Assembly (NCBI GenBank): GCA_963514005.1
Contig: OY740808.1
Coordinates: 2,108,001-2,172,000, forward strand
Length of the DNA: 64,000 bases
Source: Raja brachyura
Taxonomy: Eukaryota
Direction: 5' to 3'
The position numbers were made by a program, and so were the translations under genes. Below are positions 11,081 to 24,950 of this stretch, piece after piece (the stretch's first letter is position 1; each line of letters opens with the position of its first letter). The notes under the pieces were generated by a model. It saw nothing but the letters and a program-made list of their open reading frames with translations. It was not told the DNA's origin and searched no databases.

Positions 11081-13369
11081 ATCCCTTTTTGGAGCCAGTG
11101 TTGGTCACTTGGTTTGGTGGTCATTATATAATATGGGATATGTCAGACCATGATGCTATTGGTTATGGTCAAAGGCAAATCTACTGCCGGTGGCCATTAG
11201 AAGCTCTGACCGCTCAGTTTGTGTTCCTTGACTTATTTTGAATTTATCCCATTTTACACAGTAGTAGTGCTCTGATGTATAGTCTGAAGATGGGTCTTTT
11301 ATCTGTAAAGGTGATATGATGGTCTTTCAAAAAATATTGATGTGGATATATATAATCAGAGTCTCAAGACTTTGAAGATTCGGGGTCGAGTTTGAGTACT
11401 TCCAGAGTCACTGTACATGCATGCTCTGGTGATTGAATCTTCTAGTGCAATTGGATACATCTAGGACTTGTGCTACAAGAGTCTGGAATGTTATCAGAAA
11501 AGTGCAATTCTGTGAGTGTGCCAGGCTGTGATACTGGAGTTTTTTTCCCTATTTTGGCATAATTCTGGGGATAACGACAGCAATGATGATGTGTCCTCAT
11601 TGCCTCTGGTTCTGATTCTTAAATTGATCTAACGGGAGTGGTCTATTCCAACGCGTTTTTAGCCTCTTATCTTAGTAATGTTACACCTCTTTGAGCAATG
11701 AATGTATATAACAAATTTTCTTAAATATAAACAGAAAATGCTGGAAATGTTAATCGGGTCAGGCAGAATCTGTGGCAAGAGAAAAGGGCACATCGAAAAG
11801 TTGGAAGTGCAACATTTGAAGTTGCAGAGAAGGGGGAAAGGTAAAGAGAATGTGGATGGTCTGCAATAGGCTGGAGACTAAAGGGGTGAAGGACACATGA
11901 AGGACATGATGTGGGCATGTTGATCAGAGATGATCTGTCTGGACGAGTTATAAATAGGAGATGAATAAAAGTAGAGAGGGACTGACAAAATACAAGAGAA
12001 TATGGCACTGGGGAAGTAATTCAGGATAATATTTGACATCAATATCATTAAGTCCAAGACTTTCAAAGCAATATAGACTATACCTTCTATTTCTTTCCAT
12101 TCCCCAATTGAATCTCTGTCAATGATTTCACTTTGAATTTCAATGCACACGTGCAAAGCTATGTACTTGTCTGTTAGAGACTAGTATGGCAACGGGTGAA
12201 GTACAACATTGAAATTTGATATCGAACGCTTCTGAAAGGCTCTTAACACCTAGAATCCACGATTATGAGAAAAGTTGGACGTTTAAAAAAAAAAAACAGA
12301 TACTCCCCACATTTGTAGATTTAAGAAATAACATTTAGATTCTTATCACGTTCTTATGAGAAGTTGAGTTTTCACTGTGCAGTAATATTTCACGCCCAGC
12401 TTCTGCACACGCTCATAGGCCTCACCCTCTTAAATGCAGAAGATAGACTGAAGTCTCCATTTTGGAGAAGATAAACTCATCAGTCTGCTAGGGTGGCACA
12501 GTGGTGCACCAAGAACAGCAGCTTCCCCACAACTCTCACAACCTGGGTTCAAACCTGACCTTTCACACTGTCCCTGGAATTTGCCCATTCTCCCAGAAAG
12601 TGCATGGTTTCCTGGTGCTCTGATTTGTGTGTTGGGGAACTATATATACACCATTCCCTGTAAATATCCTCCTTAAGACAATTTTACAATTTTGAGTCAT
12701 GGTTTGATGCTCTATTTTCATTTGTTAATTTTCAGTGAAGTTTTTCCACATTGCAGAAGTTTAGGAAATGAATGTAGTGTATGCAATGAAACATTATGTG
12801 ATGATGAATCTCAAGCACCAGCAGAAAAGCCTTTCTAAATGTCTAGAGGCTGTGGGAGGGCAGAACACAGATCTGTATCTAATTCAGTGGTAACGAAGGC
12901 CAGGCCTGATTCTCGATAAAGATTAATTTAATCTACAGTTGTGTCTTATCTATATAGTTCAAATGGTATTATACAACCTCGTAACAAAACATGCTCCTAA
13001 TTTAAAAGACATTTTCATTTTACAAGGTACTGTTTTCCATCAACGCTTTGTAAAATCTTAGTGTAGCTGCCTATGGTCCATTTTCAAACCTTCTGCCATG
13101 ATATAAAGTTCTTGTTTATTTTGTGTGGCATGTACATCCATGTGAGAGCCTTTTAATGTTGGACCTATCTTTTGGAAAATGGAATAATGCTGTTTGTAAA
13201 TAATACAGTTTTATGCTTAACAAGAATAACACCATATTCAAAGTCCCAACCATACTGAAGCAAATGCATTCAAATTTTCTTTGGGTTATTTTGTTCAACA
13301 ATAGGAAACAGAAGCAGGGTTAAGCCAATTGATTCCTCAAGCCTACTCCATGGATTCGGCGAGTTACTC

Positions 13370-13690
13370 AAAACAGAAACAGAGACTCTTTGGAACAACT
13401 CATCCAAAATGACCAAGATGCCTATCTAAGATAATTCCATGTGACTATTTGATTCTTATCCTTCTGAACGTTCCTTATCCATGTATGTCCAAATGTCTAT
13501 GGTGAATGAGTTGCAAGAGAAAGCTGTGGAGGCAGGTACAATTACATTTAAAAGACAGTTGGACAGGTTTGATGGATAGGAAATGTTTTGAGGCATCTGG
13601 ATTAAATACAGACATTTGGGAATAGCTTGCAAAGGCACCTTGGTTGGCATGATTAAATTAGGCCAAAGGGTATTTTTCCGTGATCTAACA
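13370..13690. mobile_element. Two degenerate CR1 3' ends in opposite orientation (minus then plus)
   Basis: 13370-13498 is complementary to the CR1 tail. 13500-13690 reads gaggcaggtacaattacatttaaaagacagttggacagg...ggccaaagggt. Confidence 0.55.
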
Positions 13691-13780
13691 CTATCTTTGA
13701 GAAAATGAGATTGCACATGAAAACAATAAAAAAATGACGTGTAGATTCAGTGAAGAAATTCAGATATTCACTTTGTACTA

Positions 13781-14060
13781 TTTAGTTTAGAGATACAGCA
13801 TGGGAACAGGCCCTTCGGCCCACCAAGTCTGCGTCAATCAACAATCACCCTGGACACTAGTTCTATTCTACACACTAGGAACAATTTTCAGAAGCCAATT
13901 AACCTGCAAATCTGCACGTCTTTGAAATGTGGGAGAAAACCAGAGAACCCATGCCGTGACAGGGAGAACGAACAAACTCCTTATAGACAGCAACTATGGT
14001 CGGGATGAAGCCCAGGTCTATGGCATTGTAAAGCAACAACTCTACTGCTGTGCCACTGCC
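13781..14060 (-). mobile_element. HE1-type V-SINE
   Basis: The minus strand has a tRNA-like head, a V-domain (...aaagacgtgcagatttgcaggttaattggc) and the CR1-like tail gggccgaagggcctgttcc...ctctaaactaaa. Confidence 0.8.
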
Positions 14061-14064
14061 TTCA

Positions 14065-14720
14065 GTCAGAGTACCAAGTATAGAAGTTGGGATGTTGTGT
14101 TACAGTTGTACAAGACATTGGTGAGGCCTGTGTCTAGTTTTGCTCACCCATTCATACGAAATATGTTAAGCAGGAAAGGATGCAGAAAACATTCATAGGG
14201 TTAGTTTAAGTTCATGTTTATTGTTACTTAACCAACTATGGTACAGTGACATTTGAGTTACCATACAGCCATATTGGATATTGCTAGGACTCCAGCGACG
14301 GTCTAAGCTAAAGGGAGAGGTTGAGCAGGCTAGAACTTTATTCTTTGGATTGCAGGAGCCTGAGGTGTCTACTACAGGTGTATAAGATCATGAGGGGAAT
14401 TGGTAGGAACAATGCCCCTCTTGTCTTTTACCAGAGTGAGGGAATCAAGAACTGTAGGTTTAAGATGAGGGGAAAGATTTATAGGAACCTGTGGGATGAC
14501 TTTTTCCACACAGAGAATGGTAAGTATATGGAACAAGCTTCTGGAGATAGTTGAGGCAGGTACTGTAACAACATTTAAATGACATTTGAACATGTACATG
14601 GATAGAAAAGGTTTAGAAGGATATGGACCAAACATCAGCAGGTGGCACAAGTGTAGATGGGTCATCTTGGTGTGGGCAAGTTGGACCAATGGGACTATTT
14701 TCACGTTCTATTACTCTATT
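14065..14720 (+). mobile_element. Degenerate CR1 LINE 3' fragment with a small Rex-tail insert at about 14200-14270
   Basis: YRSWDVVLQLYKTLVRP; RLELYSLDCRSLR..VYKIMRGI; CR1 3' UTR follows. Confidence 0.75.
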
Positions 14721-17129
14721 TCACTCGATACTCGATAGTCTTTATCACTTTAGTTGGGATTTTCTTTCCCTGGCTTCTCTGCATGTTTTCAATATATGTT
14801 TGTGAAATAATATACCAAACACTTCTATTTTCATTGACTTCATTTATGATAGAACATTTCTTAACGCAAGTTTCTACCTTAAACTATGGTGAATGCACAC
14901 AACCTTTCTTCCATGGCCATTCTCATTTGGAAAACTGATGAATTACTGAGTCAAAGTGCTAAATCACTATTTAACAGCTCTTTGTGGAGTATTTTCAATG
15001 GACATTCTTCAGTGAGATACTTTTCAGGGGTATCATCATCAAGTGGGACATTGGTTATAGGATTCCTCTCTTGACAGAATAGAACCACTTTAACTATCAT
15101 CCCGCTATCAAACTTTATTGATTTTCTTATTTACTTGGTGAGTTACGGAAATTTTAGAACAACATTTCTGGATTATATTTATTGAGGAGAAAATTTATTC
15201 ATTGAACACAATGAAGTTGGGCTTCCTTGAAATAGAGAAAATGCAAGTTGCATTTGAAAGTAAATCCAAGAGTGGAATATTTGATGAATTGAGGGTGAAA
15301 TCAGTTGATTAGAGTCAAGAGTGTTTATGTGTCATATGCACTAAAATGATCTAGATTATTTGAAATAAACTAAACCAGAGAGTGCATAAACCAATGAACA
15401 TGGAGCAACCAGAGTAGTACAAAGTCCATAGTGGTTTGGTTCTGAGTTAGGATTTTGTTTGGGATTGTTCAAGAATGGTTGATGGAAAGAAGCTATTCTT
15501 GAAGCTGGAGGTATTGGTTCTCAGGCTCCTGTATCATCTTTATGATAGCAGAGAGAATAGATTATTCAATGACATGCCTTGTGACGAGACATGTGAAAAC
15601 TTGAAGACTTTCATTGTTTAATTAAGAGAGTATACTGTGAGGATTATGAAGTTTATGCATGTAAAGAGAAGAGTTAGAAAAGAATGAATGGGTTTGTTGA
15701 TATCTGTAAGAGAATGAACATTAGTAGGAGCGAGGGTAGGTAAGTTGTCCTCCAACCTGCCCTGGGTCATGGTCATGTCATTCAGGGTCATGGCTGATCT
15801 TCAGCTTCAATGCTACTTTTCTGTTGCAATGCAGTACCCCCTAATTCCCTCCAGATCAATCTGTTTTCAGTGAACTCTGATTGAACCTCTATAAGCCTCC
15901 TTGGCGTAAATTCAAAGGTTCAGTGTACTCTTTCAAGAAATTTCTCATCATTTTAGTCTCATCCCTAATTCTGAGATTGGTACCCTGGTTTAGAGCCCCT
16001 CAGCCAGGGAATCTTTCCAGTGTCCTGCCTTTCGAACCCTATGAGAACTATAAGGTTCTAGAACTGTAGGGATTTCATTTACATCTCCTCCTCTGGCCGC
16101 TAGAGAATACAGTCTATTCAAGCTCTCCCGTATAGCAAAGCTGTTATCCCTCGAATCACTCTAGTGTGCCATCACTCTACTTCCTCTATCATCTGTGTAT
16201 TTCTTTTTTAAGTAAGATAATGATTGTTGTGACAATATTCCAAGTGTGGTTTCACAAAGACCTGAAGGAAAACAATGTTTATCCTTTTAATCAAATCCTC
16301 TTTGGAGGGGAGGGGGAAGAACTACATACATTTGTCTTCCTAATTGTTTGCAACACCTGCATGTTGGCTTTCAGTGACTTGTTTACAAGGATACCTTGAT
16401 CCCTTCAGCATTACCCAAGCTCTCTTTTTAATCCACTTTTATGTTTTGCACACTAAGCTGGAACGCTTCACATTTTGCTACATTATTTTGCATCTCCCAT
16501 ATTCTTGCCCACTTACTCCGCTTGTTTATATCCCCATGACACTTCCAATCTCACCTATTTTTGTATCATTGACAAACTTAGGATCGTGACATTTAGCTCC
16601 TTAACCAGACTGCTGATAGAGACAAGAGGCTGCACTTGATAGAATCCTGAGCACAAAATCAAAGTGCTTGAGGAACTTGGCATGCTCAGAAGGTTCTGCC
16701 CCAAGATTGTTGCCTGTCCATTTCCCTGGCTTGTTCAGTTTCCCAAGCACTTTGTTTTTTAATGATGTAAAGTAGGAAGTTTGGTAGTCAAGAGGAATAC
16801 TAACCATTGAAATAATGAAAAATTGGTCAGAAATGTAACTTGGTAGTAGCAGCTCCCAGAAAAGGAAAGTTCTTCATTTGTGAGAGGGAGTTATGGCCAC
16901 AGCCTGCTGCCAGGTTATACTTACATTAGTCTGTATCCACATTGGCATGCTGCCAATGGATGGGATGAGCCTTGTTTACACTGGCACAGTGTCTCACAAT
17001 ATGTGGATCAAACGGGTGGCATTTCAGAGGATTATGCTTGGATCTGTTTTGGATTTGGATTAACCCTCTTTAACACAGTCAAATATTTCCATCACTGATT
17101 CAAAGATTTTGCAAACCCAAAGTATGTCC

Positions 17130-17440
17130 ATGTTTTTGATTTATTTGTCACTGACAATGCCTGTATTATAGCTCATCCCGTGATGCTCCTGAAGGGAGAA
17201 GATGGGCATGGTGTTTCATATAGGCCAGACCACATGAGATTAGCACATTTCCTGCTTTCCAGGACATTAATGAACCAGCCTAGTAGTTTCATGGTAACTC
17301 TTGCTGAGATTTAATTCCAGATATTAGTTTGGTAATTTGAATTTAAATTCCCATCTGCCATGGTGGGATTCAAATTCATGATTCTGGATCAGTGGTATAG
17401 AACGCGGGTGACTGGACTGGTACTTAACTGCTATTACTGT
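17130..17440 (-). mobile_element. Ancient SacSINE1/DeuSINE-like SINE
   Basis: Minus strand contains aatcccaccatggcagatgggaatttaaattc...atctggaatt...ggttcattaatgtcc...ggtctggcct. Similar to 60600-60812. Confidence 0.55.
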
Positions 17441-20400
17441 GCCCTGTACTGTAACCATACAGTTGATCTGTTGAACCCGGTTATATTGGAAAAGTGAGAG
17501 GAAAAAGTAAATTTAAATTCTATTACTGCAATTTATTCTTTGCTTCCCAGGTGCAGCCAGTTTCCTGGTTAATCTGGATTTGACTAATAAGGACAGTGCA
17601 AATTAGGTTTGCAGTATTTTTTTCCTCCAAGGTTCTGTCCCTCGCATTTATTTTGCAGCATCCCCTTAGTTGCCTGTTACCTCGTCCAGCTGACAGCTCT
17701 GCTTTGCTTTGTGGTTTTATCTTTTTCTCCCCATCCCTGTCTGCTTTCTATCTCCTTTTATCTGCCTTTTACTACTTTCTTCTTTCTCTCTTGTCCAGAT
17801 AATGATTCCAAAGACCCAGCAGCATTTGAAGCGATAAACCAGCCGACTGGCATTCACTGATTAATCAGTCCTGCACTGCCCTGATAGGGTGTTAATTTGT
17901 AAAGTTAATGGACAGGCAGCCATGATAAGCTGTAGCAGCTGCTTTGTAGCTGCTGGTGAAGCAAGAAGGGAGGGGGATGGGTCTGATTGACACCAACTGG
18001 CAACAGACTAATATTTTGGTTGTACACGAAAAATGCTCGTCGTAAAAGTGTTTAATGTGTTTATAACATAAAAGGCAGTAGAACATGTGTTACAATTTGG
18101 AACTAGTTCAAGTGTTGGGGAGGGAGGAGGCATGTTAGTGATAAAATGTTGCCGTGACTGCAAAATGACATATGTGTGTAGAGTGCTGTCTGCAGCCAGC
18201 ATAATTTTACTCCTCCCTTGCCAAGCCTTCCCTTCTGTGCTGTTACACTGATATATGCAGGCACCTTGCATGGCGAGCAATTCTAGTTATGACACTGCCA
18301 AGAGCCTGAGGCGTTTTGTATTGCTGCCAATTTTTAAGTTTATACGGCAATTTGGTATCTGAATAGAGATGAGGGAAACCAGATCCTTGTATCAGTTCTA
18401 GTTTCTAGGAGGTTGTAAAGGAAAGCATTGAATGAAGTGGTAGAGATTGGCCACTACGGGAAGCAACAGAGTATCAGGAGATAAAACAGACTCTCCTTGG
18501 GGAGTTTTTAAACTGCACTGAGACTTCATGCTTAACTCCTTTTGCTTAGTATGTTTCTACAACTGTTTTACCCAGCTTAGCTTGGGAGGGGGTTGTGACC
18601 TCAAGAGCTTTTAATGCCCTTTCCTTAGGGGAGCTTTATTGAGCTCAGAGGAAGGTGATTCATAAAGCGTAGCTAATGGAGGGAATAGGGAAGAAAAACT
18701 TTGCAGCTGATGGCTCTCCAGGGGGAGTCTGTGGCTTGAGGCTTAATATGTGGACATGCTCAGAGGTCAGGTTTCCTGCAGCTTTTTGGGTAGGGTTTCC
18801 ATTTCCGGAAGGTGCAGATATTGTAGTAAACGTTTATAAATAGAGCAGACTCAGCAAATATGACCCAGTGGTACTACAAATACTGCAGTAACAGATAAGC
18901 AATTTGCTTGCTTCCAAAAAAAGACAAATGAACCAACCTAGATGTTTGCGGTAAATCCATAAAAGCTGATACATCAATTTATCAAGTGGAAGAAGTAAAA
19001 TTAAAATCTACTGTTTGTCATCAATCTGTAACTGGTCAAGTTAATTTGATAAAACTCAGTAAAATTGAGGATACTTCTCAATGAATTAAAATGTGAGGGA
19101 AATCAGGTAGTTTTAAGCAGAGTATGTAGACATTAGAACAAACTCACAATTCGATTGGGTGAATTAGTATTGAACCAATATGTAAATGTTTTGATTTAGC
19201 ATAGCTGAATGTTCATGTTGAAGAAAGGGAGGCTTTTACAATTGGAAAGAATATATGATGTATTTAGCTATTTAAATCTTGTAGTAAGCATGTAACTTTT
19301 TTTCCATGACAGCTTTGCACTTTTGAACAAAACAAGAAGTTTTTGCATTGGTACCTACCATTTAAAAATAAAATGTTCTCAATTAAGTAATGTTTTCTTT
19401 ATTTTAGTTAAAAATGATTGCACATCAGAAGAGTACAACATTGCCATGCTGTGATTGAGTGGAATTTTAGTATTATATAATCCTAATTTAATATGGGTGA
19501 AAGAGCTAGCTGGGGAAGCAATTAGAAATGTTGCAGGACTTTACACAAAAATCCCATTAATGGAGATGAATGCAATGTGTTCACGAAAGACAGAGAGACC
19601 CAGTTTGCAGACGCCAATGCGATGTCTGCCCATTTCCCTCCACAGATGCTGCCTGACCCGCGGAATTCCTCCAGCACTTTGTTTGTTGTTTTCAGGAAAG
19701 AAATGGTATTGCCTTCAAAGTTTTATGTACTTCAGAGAATTGTACACCATGGTCCTAGTAAATCATCATAGTAAATGACATTCACAGGAGTCAATTGCAC
19801 CAAGATAACATTGTTAGCATGTTGATACTTGTGTTCATAATCCTTTCAGACAGTCATATTAAAATAAATGTTGTCTTGAAATTCTAGGTAAAACTTTGTG
19901 TGCTGTGTTTTAAATTAATAGCTAAGTAAATCATGGGATATGGGGATAAGGCAGGAACGGGGTACTGATGTTGAATGATCAGCTATGATCATATTGAATG
20001 GCGGTGCTGGCTCGAAGGGCCTACTCCTGCAGTTATTTTCTATGTTTTTATATGCAGAAAACTCTGCAGTTCCCATCTTGGGGTGAGCATCTCCTCAGCG
20101 TGCGGGGTATTTTATTTTTTAATATATGTTAATCACCCCAAAGAGCAACTTATAGCAGCATTGGGCATTTTGAGGGGGGGAGGGGTGTGGTGGTAACAAA
20201 TAGTGCTTTAATTCAGAAAGATTCAGAACCACTGAAATAACAAATGCATAGAAGTAATTACAAGTCCATATAACAAATCATGAAGGGCAAAGGAAATATT
20301 TTATCAGACACAGAAAAAAGGCTGCAGTCTTGAGATTCCGCCCTGGTTTATTTGGTGGGATTATTGCCACCTTTAATTCTATTTCAGCAGTGATTGCTTG

Positions 20401-21169
20401 TCATCTCTGCATCCATGGAATTAATGTCTGATGAAATACACACAACAATTGATATGGTTATGACTTTGTTACTGGAACCTCACAGCCTTGGTTGGTAGCC
20501 ATGAAAAAATTATAGATCTCTTATGAGTATAATAAGCCCTTAGGTAAAATGAATCATGAATATACTAATACATTCTTTCACCTTTTTTAAAGTGGTAATG
20601 TGTTTTGTGGAACTTCAATATGTTAATATGAATAATGATTTATTTTAGCTTGCCTTTTGCAACAATGTAGTCCATTTTGTAGATAGTACACCGCAGCCAC
20701 TGTGCGGGTGCAAGAGACAGAGGGAGTTCTTAGGATGTATATTGTGCCAATATACAAGCTACAGATTTTTAAAATGATGGTAGTGACCAAAGCCAGGCTC
20801 CTGCTATATCAGGAGAGCAGTTGGAGGCTTCTGTAGATTAACAATAGAAATGTTTCTGCAAGCACAGGAGGCACAAATCGGACTGATACTCACTTAAACA
20901 TGGAGTGCGCTCGGGCTGAATTTGGGAGGGTTGGAATAATGTGTTCTGTCCCCGCTGCTGTCTTCCTCCACCACCGATGCTATCCCTTGCTGCTGTCACA
21001 GGACTTGGGTTAGAATTTTTAGATCATGTGCGTCAAATAAGGATAGATAGATTTTCAACCAATCACCTCAAATTATTTGCCAGGATTTTGATGGGGTTAG
21101 AGGACTGGGTGCAGCCAGGATGTTTCTCTTGGTTGTAGGTCTGTCTGCGGTCTCGGGACATTTAGGGCT

Positions 21170-22080
21170 GAGATGAAAAATGTCTTCACTCAGATGATGG
21201 TGAACCTGTCAAATTTGCCTCGACATAAGGTTGAGAATGTCAAATTGCTGAATATATTTTTGAAGTAGATACAATTTTACACACAATGCATCAAGGGTTA
21301 TGGGGAGAGTGTGAATATGAGGGATTCTGTCATGAACGTGTTGAATGGCAGCGTTCCGACTTCCTATATTTCTATAACAATGCTTATAAGAACCTTTAAT
21401 ACTTATGCTTATAAGAACCTTTTAATAAAGTTAATTCCCCTGCAGTATTTGTGAAACAATGAAGAACTTATTGAGAATGTGGTATATCTGGATTTGTTGC
21501 TAGCCCATTGCTGTTTGTCATCTACATGAACAATTTGGATGAGCATGTACAAGGCATGATTATTGGGTTTGCAGATGACACAAAAATGGGTGGAATTGTA
21601 GACAGTGCAAAAGGCCATCAGCGGTGTGAGGTGTTGTATTTTGAAGTCTGATCGGGCTGATCTTCCACAGTAGTACCTTGGAGTTTGTAAGACAGAGAGA
21701 TTTAGGAATGCAAGTATATATTTCGTGAAAAGTAGTGTCACAGATCGATAGGGTGATGAAGAAGGCATTTAACACACTGGCCTTTATCACAAGGCTGAAT
21801 ACATATCTTATAAAGGTGTATAAAATCAAGGGGAATAGATCGGGCAAATGCACGGTGTCCTTTTCCCAAGGTAGGAGAATCGAGGACTAGAGGACGTAGT
21901 TTAAAGTGAGAAGGGAAAGATTAAGTTCAAACGGTGATGGGTATATGGACAAGCTGCCAGTAGGAGTAGTTGAGGCAGGCACAATAACAACATTTAAAAG
22001 CCCTTTGCTCAGGAAACGTTGAAAGGGGAATGGGCAAGTTGGGCTGTAGGGCCTGTTTCCGTGCTGTATGACTCTAACTC
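21170..22080 (+). mobile_element. Cluster of degenerate CR1 fragments
   Basis: Fragments LLFVIYMNNLDE...FADDTKMGGIVD and CR1 3' tails (gggcctgtttccgtgctgtatgactcta). Confidence 0.7.
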
Positions 22081-22219
22081 TTTGTAATGTTATAAAACTT
22101 TATTTAGTTATTATTTCAACTTTATTGTTTCATCTTATTGCCTATCATGCCGTTACATTGTGCATACGTGGGCTTATCTCTATACTCATTGTTGTGTAAC
22201 CCGACTACTGTTTACAAGT

Positions 22220-22425
22220 TGGTTAAGAAGGAACTGCAGATGCTGGAAAATCGAAGGTAGACCAAAGTGCTGGAGAAACTCAGCGGGTGAGGCAGCATCT
22301 ATGGAGCAAAGGAAATGGGCACCCTTTCGACTCCAGTCTGAAGAAGGGTCTAGACCCGAAACGTTGCCTATTTCCATCGCTCCATAGATGCTGCCTCACC
22401 CGCTGAGTTTCTCCAGCATTTTTGT
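22220..22425. mobile_element. Fold-back (palindromic) pLTR-derived element with 15-bp TSD and intact plus-strand hammerhead-like core
   Basis: TSD ctactgtttacaagt at 22205-22219 and 22426-22440. The two arms are complementary. Core ctgaaga-a-gggt-ctag-accc-gaaa-cgttgcc at 22338-22368. Confidence 0.88.
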
Positions 22426-22572
22426 CTACTGTTTACAAGTGTTGTGCTTGCAGTTCACATCCAGCTTTCAAGACCTAAAACTATCCTTTGCAATTGATCT
22501 TGTTGCATGCGGTTGAGCGAAGGTGGGAATGAGACTGTGGTACAGGATATTCTGTTATTTAGATGTGACATG

Positions 22573-23247
22573 GGTGGCGCCCGTAATGGCTGCCTCGCTA
22601 ACAATCTATCTCGTCCCTTCTGTTTTTATTATTTTAAGTATATCTTAAATGTATGTTTCAATGTTTCTTGGTATGATTTGTGTGTGGGGGGATCGGGGGA
22701 AACTTTTTCCAGTCACTCACCTTGACAGAGATCGGATTTTTCTCCATCTCCCCTGCGGCCTAACACCGTGGACTTGGCGGCCTTTCCCGGAGACTGGCCT
22801 GGCGTTTCTTTAACATCGGGAGCTGCAATCCTTTGGCGGGGATTGTGGAGAGCTCCAACCAGGGGGCCTGCTGACTTTAACACCGTGAAGCCCACGGTCT
22901 CCAGTAAGAAGAGGCTGACTCGGGAGCTCCATGCCGCGAAGTGTTCCATTCCGTCCCGACGCCGGAGTTTCCATCATCCCGATGAGAGGGCTTCAGACAT
23001 CGGACCGTTGGCAGCAGCAAACCGGAGAGTTCCAAAGCCCCGACCACGGTTAAACAAAGGAGGAAGATGATTGAACTTTATTACCTTCCATCACAGTGAG
23101 GAATGTAAATTCCGTGGTGATGGATGTTTATGTTAAATTTTATTTTATGTGGCTGTGTGTCTTGTTGCTTTTTACTTAGTATGGCTGTATGGTAACTCAA
23201 ATTTCACTGTACCTTAATTGGTACATGTGACAATTAAATTGAATCAT
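22573..23247 (+). mobile_element. CpG-rich non-coding retroposon with a Rex1/Babar-like 3' tail
   Basis: Abrupt GC-rich block with no RT motifs. It ends in ttcactgtaccttaattggtacatgtgacaattaaattgaat (stem-loop tail), also seen inverted near 62310-62345. Confidence 0.55.
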
Positions 23248-24950
23248 AAGTCTTGGAAGTAGAAAATTTTAGACTAGCAGTTAATAAACTTAACAAAAGC
23301 ATAACGTGCAACTTTTCAGTTTTGGAATGTATAACTAACTACAATATTAAGGGATCATCCTTTGAACCTTTCAGCATACTGGAATGAGACTGCAATGTTG
23401 TAATTGTACCCCGTGCTGGCAGCTGCTACTGTAACTGGTTTAGTTGAGAGGTTGGTTACTTGTATTACTCTGCTGGATCAAAGTAGAAAACATTATCAAT
23501 GGTGCCTGATAACAGTGCTAAGCAACATTTTGATGTACAGCACTTGAATATTCAAAATTATGTAAATATTTATCAGCCCGAAGATTTTTTAAGAGCTGTG
23601 TAGTTTGTAGAACAATGAAGAGTTGAAGAGAAGCTTCGTTGATTTATAGCTTAAAGACTATTCGACTCGAGACTTAATACATAACTATTAACTATTTGCT
23701 AGAAATCTTCCAGCCGGCATAGAGATACTGATTTTTTTAAATTGAGGTATTGTATGTGTTTTTTCTGCAAACCATTATCGTTTATCTATTCAATGTTGTT
23801 GTATCTATTTGATAATGAATATTCAGATTAACAGTTGTAGTAATTTTTTAAAAAAAGCTTTGATGTCCAAAGTGCTCTTTCAGGGAATCGGGTTTTACAA
23901 CACCCATTAAAATAACTTGATAAAGAGACACATAAAAGTCATACTTTACGCTTGGATTAGAGGACAGGAGCTGGTTATGTCCTTTGCCATTTTTACATAG
24001 CAGTTAATCCTTTCCTCTACCACTTCGCCTCAGCATTAAGCAAATAATGTGCAGTTGCTTATGTTAGCTTGGTTGCTTGAGAATCCAGCAACCACAGATG
24101 GTTTTCATTGAAAATCAATTTTGAGTACAAAAGGCTTACTGAGCTCGACAAGTCAGTTTTAGGGCTGGTGGGAAGTCTTGGCATGTGAAACTTGAAGGAA
24201 GTTCAATCGCCTTGCGCCAAGGGGTGACTAGATCAAAGTGATGGGGTTAATTGATGAAATGGCACTCTCAAAGTAAGCCAGGTCTGAGGGGATCAAATAA
24301 ATTTGCTGGAACGTTGCTGGCTGCTGCATCAGTTCCACCCAGGCATGCCATATCCAGTCGATAGGTTGTTCTTCCATTTTCAAAAGATTTGCAAAAGTAG
24401 TTTCTATATTATCCGAGGTCTGTCAGTTGCAAATTCAGTTTCCTGTCAAAGTTGATGATGTGAATGTTCGCTGAGTGAATACAAATTGTATGTCCCGCAG
24501 TGCAAGAAGATTGCGGCTATATTGTAGGTTGCTTGTGTCTGATGGCCTGTGGGGTGCTTTCCACTCAACAGTTTGTCTGTGCTGTTTGAAGTTGCATATT
24601 TGTCAAAAAGCTGGAGCTTCCATCGAGCCAGATTCTGTCCTTTCCCTAACCATATTTTGTTTATTTGCATGTGGTGTAAAATATTTTTTGTTTCAATCCT
24701 CCATGAACTCTTGGCTTTTGCCACAGCTGTTTCTCCACCAAGAATTAGATTGGCAGGTGGTTCATTTTCCATTTACAGCAGGCAAATGAATAATTCTATC
24801 ACATATATACTTTTAAAATATATATGTTCTATTTGTGATTTTGTGCCCTTTGATGGCAAAATACTTCCCTCTACTGGTGATTTTTAAGAAATGCATGGAT
24901 ATAAATGTTAAACTTTAACTTATCTTAACATATATTTTATTTTTCCACAG

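Noticed and set aside
21381-21430. Small tandem duplications (also 7385-7413 and 28866-28898)
   Set aside because: Ordinary slippage or junction duplications with no further structure.
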